Below are positions 7,118 to 14,751 of a stretch of 42,496 bases of DNA, piece after piece. The stretch is from Candidatus Wolfebacteria bacterium. GTDB lineage: Bacteria; Patescibacteriota; Minisyncoccia; UBA6257; JAGOQP01. The translations under genes were made by a program, and so were the position numbers. Where the stretch lies: assembly GCA_027350645.1 (NCBI GenBank), contig DAIEKJ010000001.1, positions 1 through 42,496 on the forward strand, read 5' to 3'. Under the pieces are notes generated by a model. It ran no database searches and was not told the DNA's origin. It saw only the letters and a program-made list of their open reading frames with translations. Numbering within the stretch: position 1 is the stretch's first letter; each line of letters starts with the position of its first letter.

Positions 7118-7147
7118 ATTATACCCCCCCCCGACACAGAAACACAA
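7118..7147 (-). promoter_or_regulatory. Putative promoter of the DGR target gene, with a G9 tract in the spacer
   Basis: Minus strand: TTGTGT (7147-7142), 18-nt spacer ending in nine consecutive G (7132-7124), TATAAT (7123-7118). It lies about 54 nt upstream of the ATG at 7064. Confidence 0.4.
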
Positions 7148-7241
7148 GAAAAAGGGGCTACCCTGCGGGCCTTCTGATTATTTTATAACTTTGAACTGTT
7201 ATTTTGCATTTTGATATTTACATTTTGCATTTCTTCTCATT

Positions 7242-7778
7242 TTACCATATCCCCCATGCCTCCTCTATCTCATCGGCAATTTCCTGCGGGAGCGGAGCGC
7301 CGGGTTTGGTGACTCCCGGATAGCGCCAGGCCGAAATAATTTTCACTCTTCGCTCTCCGGTCAGTGCGCGCCGCATTGACGCAATCCACGTCCGCGCTTT
7401 GTCATCTTTTTTTCCATCTTCTTTTTCTCCGTTGCGAGCCGTTTGTTGTTTCCCTCCCGCCATCTCTTCTGTGTTGTCGCTCGTCGGTTGTCGGTTGCCT
7501 GCCCCGTTATCGCGAAGCGATTTTGCGGGGTCGGTTATCTTATACATCACCCATATTTCCTGACCCCAGGATCGTTTTCCTTCCTTGGTTTTATACGACG
7601 CGGGTTGAAGCGCGGCGACCGTTCCGGGAGCGATTCCCTCCTCGATACGCAGAGGGCTATGCAAAACCCGCCGCACCCGCGCCGGAGACAATCCATAAAA
7701 ACGCATCTTTGCCTGCGCGTGCGCGGTCCACGCATAGGCGCTCCCCGCGGGCACTGCCGATCTAAAATTTCCTGGCAT
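7242..7778 (-). CDS. Hypothetical protein, DUF4258-like ends with a low-complexity charged insert
   Basis: The ORF is open to 8036, but that extension overlaps the divergent glycosyltransferase. The ATG at 7778 leaves a 51-nt AT-rich divergent promoter region. AHAQAKMRFYGLSPARVRRVLHSP ... EIWVMYKI ... VKIISAWRY resembles the DUF4258 pattern. The middle is Gly/Lys/Glu/Asp-rich. Confidence 0.4.
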   Translation of the reverse strand: MPGNFRSAVPAGSAYAWTAHAQAKMRFYGLSPARVRRVLHSPLRIEEGIAPGTVAALQPASYKTKEGKRSWGQEIWVMYKITDPAKSLRDNGAGNRQPTSDNTEEMAGGKQQTARNGEKEDGKKDDKARTWIASMRRALTGERRVKIISAWRYPGVTKPGAPLPQEIADEIEEAWGIW

Positions 7779-7829
7779 GGTATTTTTATAGTATACTCTA
7801 TCGCAAACGTAATACCTATCCACCGCCGT

Positions 7830-9764
7830 ATGAATTATTTTTCGCGCATTACCGACCAAACCCACGAGCTTGCCCGGCGCGTCTCCATCCTGCTGTTGGG
7901 CATTATTATTCTTGCAAGCGCGGCCCTTATGGTCAGAAGCGCGTGGAGCGATTCGGCTATTATGGACGAACTGGCGCATATCCCCGCCGGTTATGGCTAC
8001 GTCAGCCAGCTGGATTACCGCCTCAATCCAGAGCATCCCCCGCTCATCAAGGCGCTTTCAGCCCTCCCGCTGTTGTTTGCCAATGTATCCTTCCCCACCG
8101 ACACATCCGCTTGGCAAACCGCGGTGAATGGCCAGTGGGACATGGGCGGCGCCTTTCTGTACGGCGTTAATGATCACCGCGCGCAAACGATCATCTTTAT
8201 CGCGCGCCTCTTCCCCATCCTCATCACGCTGTGCCTTATCGTTTTTGTGTATTGGTGGAGCAGAAAACTGGTGGGACCCCTTTGGGCGCTTCTGCCGACA
8301 TTTTTTATCGCGCTCTCTCCCAACATCCTGGCGCACGGCCATTATGTGACCACCGACGTCGGCGCCGCACTCGGTTTTTTGGTAAGCTTGTACGTTCTTG
8401 ATGCGTTCTGGGCATCGCCGTCAAAAAAAACTCTCCTGGTCGCCGGTATTTTTTTCGGCCTGGCGCAACTAACGAAATTTTCACTCGTCCTCATGGTTCC
8501 CATCGCCGTTCTTCTGGCGATCATCCACTGGTTTGCCGCCACGCGCGCAAACCGCTTAAAACTTTCAGACACGTTGTCATGGAAACTGGCGTGGAAATAT
8601 CTATACTCGCTGGCGCTTATTTTTGCCATCGGCTACGCCGTGGTCTGGGGAGCGTACCTGCTCTTTACCGCGCACTATCCCATCCAGCGGCAAGCAAGCG
8701 ACACCACGTTCCTCCTTGGGTCGTTTTCGGGAAGCTCGGACCCGTCTCTGCTGTCTACGTGCGTCATGCATCCGTCGATGCGTTGTCTGGCTAATGTTGA
8801 TATTATCATGGCGCGCATTCCGGTTGTCCGCGCCCTTGGACAATACCTGCTGGGCGTGCTGATGGTTATCCAGCGTTCCGACGGAGGCAACACCGCCTAC
8901 TTCCTGGGTAATGTCAGTGGCGGTGGCTGGTGGTATTATTTCCCGGTCGTCTTTGTTCTAAAAGAAACAATCCCAGGACTCCTCTATCTCCTTATCGGCG
9001 GATGGGCGGCAGTGCGGCGCGCGATAAAAAAATCCGTCACGCCGCGCATGGAACGCCTCTGGGGGTATGTGGCCGTCGCGTTTCCGGAAGTGTCAATGCT
9101 GACCGTTATTGTGGTCTATTGGGCCTACAGCATGCACAGCCCGCTCAATATCGGATTCCGACACATCCTGCCAACCATCCCCCTGATGTATATTCTGGCA
9201 ACTATCTCGGTAAAAAAATGGTTCTTCTCTAAAGAACCCGCGCACCAGCCCGAACCGCCATTGCGCGCGGTCGGACGCTTTGTGAAAACCGCCATCCGCG
9301 TATCTCTTAAAGGCGCCACCATCACGCTCCTTGTCGTCTGGGGATGTTTTGAAACGGCGCTGGCATCTCCGTATTTTCTTTCGTACTTCAACGAGCTGGG
9401 CGGCGGCGTCTGGGGAGGATACCACATTGTCACCGACTCCAACTACGACTGGGGACAAGACCTCTATCGCCTCAACACCTACGTCCAGCAGAACCACATC
9501 TCCAAAATCGCCGTTGATTATTTCGGCGGCGGCAATCCGCAATACACGCTGGAAAACGACGTAGCCGTACCCTGGAATTCGGCGATGGGGAACCCCGCTG
9601 ACCACGGCATCAACTGGCTGGCCATATCGATCAACACCATCGAGTCGGCAAAGTCGCATGCGCTTTTTACCCGCACCAGCGCCGATGAATACCCATGGCT
9701 TTCCGACTGGGATCACCCGTACGCGCGCGCCGGAACGTCTATCTTTATTTACCGCCTCCGATAA
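7830..9764 (+). CDS. GT-C fold membrane glycosyltransferase (PMT/ArnT-like, GT39/GT83-type)
   Basis: Multi-pass membrane protein. The first loop carries AIMDELAHIPAGYGY...NPEHPPLIKAL, typical of dolichyl/undecaprenyl-phosphate-sugar dependent transferases. Start trimmed from 7443 to the ATG at 7830 (MNYFSRI...). Confidence 0.65.
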   Translation: MNYFSRITDQTHELARRVSILLLGIIILASAALMVRSAWSDSAIMDELAHIPAGYGYVSQLDYRLNPEHPPLIKALSALPLLFANVSFPTDTSAWQTAVNGQWDMGGAFLYGVNDHRAQTIIFIARLFPILITLCLIVFVYWWSRKLVGPLWALLPTFFIALSPNILAHGHYVTTDVGAALGFLVSLYVLDAFWASPSKKTLLVAGIFFGLAQLTKFSLVLMVPIAVLLAIIHWFAATRANRLKLSDTLSWKLAWKYLYSLALIFAIGYAVVWGAYLLFTAHYPIQRQASDTTFLLGSFSGSSDPSLLSTCVMHPSMRCLANVDIIMARIPVVRALGQYLLGVLMVIQRSDGGNTAYFLGNVSGGGWWYYFPVVFVLKETIPGLLYLLIGGWAAVRRAIKKSVTPRMERLWGYVAVAFPEVSMLTVIVVYWAYSMHSPLNIGFRHILPTIPLMYILATISVKKWFFSKEPAHQPEPPLRAVGRFVKTAIRVSLKGATITLLVVWGCFETALASPYFLSYFNELGGGVWGGYHIVTDSNYDWGQDLYRLNTYVQQNHISKIAVDYFGGGNPQYTLENDVAVPWNSAMGNPADHGINWLAISINTIESAKSHALFTRTSADEYPWLSDWDHPYARAGTSIFIYRLR

Positions 9765-9788
9765 CCGGACCCCAACCGGTCTTTGAGC

Positions 9789-9815
9789 AAAAACCCCGCA
9801 CCGCGGGGTTTTTAT
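9789..9815. terminator. Bidirectional intrinsic terminator
   Basis: AAAAA-ccccgc-acc-gcgggg-TTTTT between the convergent genes ending at 9764 (+) and 9831 (-). Confidence 0.7.
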
Positions 9816-9830
9816 TTAAAATGATACGGA

Positions 9831-10634
9831 TTATTTTTCTTTGTAATAAATCCTATCGGGAATACGGACATCTATGTACAAAATGCGGTTAAAAATCGGA
9901 GCCAATTGTTGCACTATCGGGTTAATGGCAAACGAAGGATCGGTGCGCAGGTTGAATAAAAACTCCGGCGTGCCGCTGGCGCGGGCGGTCACATCAGTCG
10001 ATACGGCATCAAAGGAAACCAGCGCGCCGGCGATATGCACGGCACCAAGAAATGAAAAAATATTCTGCACGTTCTCGCACGCTCCCTGATCAACAATCGA
10101 CGATCCGATCGGAACCGGATGCGCCTGGTTGTCGGTAATAAAAGGAACCAGCGCTCCTTCCGGCACCGGCCCGGGAGCAAACGCCGTACACGAAGCATCA
10201 AACCACACGCACGACTGCGCCGCGTCGCACCACAACCCCACCCGCTGACGCGGCTGGATGGTGACCACCAAAGATCGCGACATATACTGTGCCTCCACCC
10301 GCACGTCCTGCCATTCTGGATGATGAGCGAGAACCGCCTGCGCGAGAGCGTTGGTCTCCCCCGACGCCACAAGAAACGATCGCGGACCAAAAAAAATGCT
10401 TTTATGCGCATCAAGAAAGGCATCAACCGTTTCCACCACCGTGCTGGTATCAACCTGCGACGAGGAAGGATCGATTGCCACCGTTACGACCTGCACCGAG
10501 AAAAACGGCCGGCGCACCAGATACGCAATACCTCCGATTAGCGCGACGCCCGCAAGAAAAATAAGGATGGCGTACATCCTTATTTTTTTCTTACGCCGTT
10601 TCCGCATCCGCTCCGTTTGCGTGTAATCAATCAT
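9831..10634 (-). CDS. FtsQ-like cell-division protein (single N-terminal TM plus POTRA-like region)
   Basis: Basic N-terminus, one TM helix (MYAILIFLAGVALIGGIAYLV), then FFSVQVVTV... and a C-terminal ILYIDVRIPDRIYYK motif resembling FtsQ/DivIB. Its ATG overlaps the serS stop (ATGA). Confidence 0.45.
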   Translation of the reverse strand: MIDYTQTERMRKRRKKKIRMYAILIFLAGVALIGGIAYLVRRPFFSVQVVTVAIDPSSSQVDTSTVVETVDAFLDAHKSIFFGPRSFLVASGETNALAQAVLAHHPEWQDVRVEAQYMSRSLVVTIQPRQRVGLWCDAAQSCVWFDASCTAFAPGPVPEGALVPFITDNQAHPVPIGSSIVDQGACENVQNIFSFLGAVHIAGALVSFDAVSTDVTARASGTPEFLFNLRTDPSFAINPIVQQLAPIFNRILYIDVRIPDRIYYKEK

Positions 10635-11866
10635 GGCCGCATGCGATCAAGCCCCATAAAGGCCCGCAATACTTCGGGGACGAGCACCGTGCCATCGGAT
10701 TGCTGGTTATTTTCCAAAATCGCAATGATAGTGCGTCCCAATGCCAGCGCCGTCGCGTTGAGCGCATGCGCATAACCGGACGATCCGTCCGCATATTTCA
10801 CTTTGGTGTTGATGCCGCGCGTCTGGTATGTGGTGGTATTCGAACATGACGCTACTTCGCGATAGGTCTTTTGCGACGGAATCCACGCCTCAACATCAAA
10901 TTGCCGCGCATCGGTAGGACCCATATCGCCGGTGCAGATGGCGACGACGCGATACGGAATGCGCAGTCCCTGCCAAAGTTTTTCCTGCAGGGAAAGCATG
11001 AACCGGTGCTCCTCTTCGGAATGTTCGGGGTGCGCAAAAACATACATCTCCACTTTATCAAACTGGTGGACGCGCAGGATCCCGCGCGTATCCTTGCCGT
11101 AGCTTCCCGCTTCGCGCCGGAAACACGTTGAAAATCCAACGTACCGCTTCGGAAATTCTTTTTCGGGAAACGACTCATCCATATGCAATGGCCCCAAGGT
11201 ATGCTCGGCGCTTCCCACCAGATAGGCGTCGTCTTTTTCCAGATAATACCGCTCTTCCTTCTGGCTGTCGGTAAGCCGCCCCATCCGCTCGTACACATCG
11301 GGCTTAATCATCACCGGCACAATCACTGGTGAAAATCCCTCTTTGGTAAGCACGTCAATCGCATAACGAATAAGCGCAAATTCCAATAGCGCGCCAGCAT
11401 TTTTGAGATAGTAAAACCGGCTCCCCGAAACATCGGCCGCTTTTTTGGTGTCGATGATATTTAATTTTTCCCCAAGCTCCATATGATCCCGCACTTCAAA
11501 ATCAAACGCCGGAATATCGCCGACGGTTTTGAGAACGACGTTTTCCGATTCATCCTTGCCGCGCGCAACATCCGAAAACGGCATATTGGGAATTTCCATC
11601 AAAAGCCGGCGCCGTTCTGCGGTAATATCAGCAAGCATCCCTTCCTTGTCCTGCAGCTGCGCTTTATTTGATTTTGCCAGCTCGATTTCCCGCTGGGCGC
11701 TCAATTTTTTCTGCAACGCGCGCATTTCTTCTATTTCCTGCATGAGCGTCCGCCAACGCGTATCGGCATCCAAAAACTGATCGACTGTATCGATCGTCTT
11801 ATTGCGCGACACCATCATCTCTTTGACCGCCTCGGCATTGGCACGAATAAAATCAACATCAAGCAT
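10631..11866 (-). CDS. serS: Seryl-tRNA synthetase
   Basis: N-terminal coiled-coil arm (MLDVDFIRANAEAVKE...). Class II core motifs (FRREAGSYGKDTRGILRVHQF, GYAHALNATALALGRTIIAILEN). Confidence 0.9.
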   Translation of the reverse strand: MLDVDFIRANAEAVKEMMVSRNKTIDTVDQFLDADTRWRTLMQEIEEMRALQKKLSAQREIELAKSNKAQLQDKEGMLADITAERRRLLMEIPNMPFSDVARGKDESENVVLKTVGDIPAFDFEVRDHMELGEKLNIIDTKKAADVSGSRFYYLKNAGALLEFALIRYAIDVLTKEGFSPVIVPVMIKPDVYERMGRLTDSQKEERYYLEKDDAYLVGSAEHTLGPLHMDESFPEKEFPKRYVGFSTCFRREAGSYGKDTRGILRVHQFDKVEMYVFAHPEHSEEEHRFMLSLQEKLWQGLRIPYRVVAICTGDMGPTDARQFDVEAWIPSQKTYREVASCSNTTTYQTRGINTKVKYADGSSGYAHALNATALALGRTIIAILENNQQSDGTVLVPEVLRAFMGLDRMRP

Positions 11867-11913
11867 AGAACTAGATTGTTAGTTTCTTGAGTATAATCAA
11901 AAAAGAGTCCATT

Positions 11914-11938
11914 TGCAAAAAGCCGCCCCCAGGCGGCT
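11914..11938 (-). terminator. Intrinsic terminator after lysS
   Basis: Minus strand: agccgcc-tggg-ggcggct followed by TTTTGC. It lies 18 nt after the lysS stop. Confidence 0.6.
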
Positions 11939-11955
11939 CTTTACAAACTCCTTTG

Positions 11956-13410
11956 CTATTTTCTCCGTTTCATTGACGGGAAAAAAACCGTTTCCCGTAC
12001 CGGCTTTCCGGCAAGCACTGCAAAAAGCCGCTCGGAGAGTCCGAATCCGGCCGTGGGCGGCATGCCGTATTCCAACGCTTCCAAAAAATCCTCATCGAGC
12101 ATCTGCGCTTCTTTGTCTCCGGTCGCGCGCAGTTTCATCTGTTCCTCAAACCGTTCTCGCTGATCATCCGGATCGTTTGCTTCGGAAAATCCCTTCCCCA
12201 GCTCCGTTCCGCACGCAACCACCTGGAATCGTTCAACCACATCCAAATTCCCCTCTTTGCGTTTTGCCAACGGCTCAATGGTCGCGGGCGGATCAACAAG
12301 AAAGCACGGCTGTATCAATGTCGGTCGCACCGTTTTTTTGAAAATAAGGTCAATCACCCGTCCGCGTGCGGCACCAAACGGAATTTCAATCCCCAACTCC
12401 TGCGCTCGTTTTTTCAAATCATCTTCGGTTGCACGCACCGGATGCAGATTGTTATTCTTTTGCGCAAAAATCGAGCAGTAATCAATCATCGCCCATTCCT
12501 TTCCCCAATCAATCACCTGCTCCTTCCACGGACGCTCAAGCGTCCCGAACGTTTCTTTGATAACAAACCGGTACATTTTTTGCACCAGACCCATCAGGTC
12601 GCGGTAATCGGCATACGCCCAATAAAATTCAAGCTGGGTATAATCCTGCAGATGCTCGGCATCAATGCCCTCATTGCGAAAAATGCGGCCAATCTCATAG
12701 ACGCGCTCAAATCCCCCCACCAGCGCTTTTTTGAGCGCGATCTCCAGCGAAATACGCAGGTAAAAATCCTCGTCCAACGCATTGTGGTGCGTCACAAACG
12801 GTTCGGCCTCAGCGCCTCCGGGAGTCGCCTCTAAAATCGGCATCTCCACCGCCATAAATTTTTTCTCCTCCAAAAATTGCCGGAACGCATTCCAAAAAAC
12901 CGCTTTCTGCACAAACAGAGTGCGCGTTTCTTTATTGAGAATCGCATCCAGATACCGCTGGCGCAGACGCGTCTCCGTGTCTTCCAGGCCATAGAAGTCG
13001 GACGGGAGCGGACGCAGGGCCTTGGCAAGCATCGCCACCGTCGCGGCCGCGATACTTTTTTCTCCCCGCTTGGTCGTCAACGGGATGCCGCAGGCCAGAA
13101 TCAGATCGCCGGCATCAACCGTTTCCCGCCAGAGCAAAAAACGCTCCGTTTCTTCTTCGCGCAAAATAATCTGGATTTTACCGGAAAAATCTTCCAGATC
13201 CAAAAAAATGATTTTTCCCTGATCGCGCGCGGCGCGAACGCGGCCGGCAACGCACACCGACCGACGAGCGTCTTGGCGCGCGGCAAAGTCGGTTAAAAGA
13301 TCGCCGATGGGCTCGGACGGATGGACGCACCGCGCCGGATACGGATCAACGCCGGCATCGCGCAAACGTGCCAGTTTCTTTTTTCTCTCGCGGATGATTT
13401 CTTCAAGCAT
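11956..13410 (-). CDS. lysS: Lysyl-tRNA synthetase, class II
   Basis: OB-fold N-domain (VAGRV...GKIIFLDLEDFSGKIQI). Class II motifs (YEIGRIFRNEGID, GGFGLSERL-type GFGLSERLFAVL). Confidence 0.9.
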   Translation of the reverse strand: MLEEIIRERKKKLARLRDAGVDPYPARCVHPSEPIGDLLTDFAARQDARRSVCVAGRVRAARDQGKIIFLDLEDFSGKIQIILREEETERFLLWRETVDAGDLILACGIPLTTKRGEKSIAAATVAMLAKALRPLPSDFYGLEDTETRLRQRYLDAILNKETRTLFVQKAVFWNAFRQFLEEKKFMAVEMPILEATPGGAEAEPFVTHHNALDEDFYLRISLEIALKKALVGGFERVYEIGRIFRNEGIDAEHLQDYTQLEFYWAYADYRDLMGLVQKMYRFVIKETFGTLERPWKEQVIDWGKEWAMIDYCSIFAQKNNNLHPVRATEDDLKKRAQELGIEIPFGAARGRVIDLIFKKTVRPTLIQPCFLVDPPATIEPLAKRKEGNLDVVERFQVVACGTELGKGFSEANDPDDQRERFEEQMKLRATGDKEAQMLDEDFLEALEYGMPPTAGFGLSERLFAVLAGKPVRETVFFPSMKRRK

Positions 13411-13422
13411 ACGCGCTTGATA

Positions 13423-13887
13423 TTAGTCGATCTGGATGATCGTATATTCAACGTCTGTTCCTCGGGGCGTCTTGATAGAAACACGTTCACCGACTTTCTT
13501 GCCGATAAGCGCCTTGCCGATCGGCGATGCATTTGAGATTTTGTTGTTGAACGGATCAGCTTCCTGCGATCCCACCAGCGTATACTGCGCGGTCGTCCCT
13601 TTTTTGTTTTTTAATGTTACCGTCAAACCGACGCTGACCGCATTTTTGTTTTTTGACTTCGTGATAATGTGCGCCTCCTTGAGAAGATTCTCAAGATCAA
13701 AAATTTCGCGCTCGAGCTTTTCCTGATCCTCTTTGGCCTGCGCGTACTCAAAATTTTCGGACAGATCTCCGTGCTCCTTGGCGCGCTTCAAACGCTCGGC
13801 AATGTCAATCCGGCTCCCCGTCTTGAGCTGATTGAGCCTCTCCTTTAGTTCCTCGATTTTTTCTTTGCTTAGATATGCGTCTGCCAT
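13423..13887 (-). CDS. greA: Transcription elongation factor GreA
   Basis: Coiled-coil N-domain with the acidic tip GDLSENFEYAQAKE. C-terminal FKBP-like domain (ISNASPIGKALIGKKVGE). Confidence 0.9.
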   Translation of the reverse strand: MADAYLSKEKIEELKERLNQLKTGSRIDIAERLKRAKEHGDLSENFEYAQAKEDQEKLEREIFDLENLLKEAHIITKSKNKNAVSVGLTVTLKNKKGTTAQYTLVGSQEADPFNNKISNASPIGKALIGKKVGERVSIKTPRGTDVEYTIIQID

Positions 13888-13976
13888 ATGCGATATGATA
13901 AAATTGCCGGTATGCTTTTATGTGAATGACAACTATACGCGACAAACAACCAAAAGTCAATCACTTACTCGGCCTG

Positions 13977-14702
13977 TTAGCTCCTCCCATAGTACCCCCG
14001 CGCAAACCGCAGCCGTATGCGGACGACATCAAAAAAAACCTGCAGATACGCGCTCGACTTGACCCGCGAGGCAAAATCGTTCACCCACATCACCGGCATC
14101 TCGGCGATACGGAATCCGAAGTGGCGAGCCAGAGCCAGCACCTCAATGTCAAACGCCCAACCAGGAACATCGGCGAGCGGAAAAATGGTCGTCGCGGCCT
14201 TTTCGGAAAATGCCTTAAATCCACACTGCGTATCCTTGATGCCTTTAAGAATAATCCATTGGATGAAAAAATTCCCTCGCACCAATGTACGATACCAGGC
14301 CTGCGGCGGTTCCATGCGCGCGCCGGAAACATAGCGCGACGCGATGACAACGTCATACCCTTCTTTAAAATAGTGCTCCATTTTAAAAAACTGATCAACG
14401 GATGTTGAATTGTCCGCGTCGGCAAACAGCCGAATATCGCCGCGCGCCTCCAGCATTCCTTTCTGAACGGCGACTCCCTTCCCTTTGACGGGACATTCGA
14501 TCACTTTCAGATTCTTAATAATGGACGAAAAGCGGTTGGCAATTTCCTTGGTCGCATCGGTCGATGCGTTATCAACGACGATAATTTCATAGGGAAACGG
14601 CCAGCGCGCCAGATGCCGATCAATATCAATCAGCGTTAGAGGAAGACGCTTGGCTTCGTTGTGCGCGGGAATAATAACCGAAAGACGTGGTTTTGTTGCC
14701 AT
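13977..14702 (-). CDS. GT2 family glycosyltransferase (polyprenyl-phosphate sugar synthase-like)
   Basis: LSVIIPAHNEAKRLP ... YEIIVVDNASTDAT ... DADNS motifs of GT-A family 2. Start trimmed from 14786 to the ATG at 14702 to remove overlap with the upstream gene. Confidence 0.75.
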   Translation of the reverse strand: MATKPRLSVIIPAHNEAKRLPLTLIDIDRHLARWPFPYEIIVVDNASTDATKEIANRFSSIIKNLKVIECPVKGKGVAVQKGMLEARGDIRLFADADNSTSVDQFFKMEHYFKEGYDVVIASRYVSGARMEPPQAWYRTLVRGNFFIQWIILKGIKDTQCGFKAFSEKAATTIFPLADVPGWAFDIEVLALARHFGFRIAEMPVMWVNDFASRVKSSAYLQVFFDVVRIRLRFARGYYGRS

Positions 14703-14751
14703 ACGATAAGTATACGCGCTCTTTGCGCTTCCCTCAACACACCGGTGCGCA

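Noticed and set aside
7084-7170. 9-nt direct repeat cctgcgggc at 7084-7092 and 7162-7170, bracketing the putative target-gene promoter
   Set aside because: It is too short to distinguish from chance in sequence of this GC content. It might be an operator pair, but there is no supporting evidence.
7443-7829. The 5' extension of the glycosyltransferase ORF (773 aa from 7443) and the 5' extension of the opposite ORF (7779-8036), which overlap each other
   Set aside because: The two long ORFs overlap by about 600 nt on opposite strands. Trimming to the ATGs at 7830 (+) and 7778 (-) removes the overlap and leaves an AT-rich 51-nt divergent promoter region. It also starts the GT at a typical basic-then-TM N-terminus.
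9093-9716. 207-aa minus-strand ORF inside the glycosyltransferase gene, and similar long antisense or out-of-frame ORFs (for example 10852-11298 -, 18300-18893 +, 19153-19740 +, 21977-22726 +, 32502-33185 +, 35850-36401 +, 36460-36948 +, 37413-37910 +)
   Set aside because: All lie entirely within confidently identified genes such as secY, r-proteins and rpoB/C. They have Arg/Pro/Ser/Gly-rich compositions typical of shadow ORFs and show no family resemblance.
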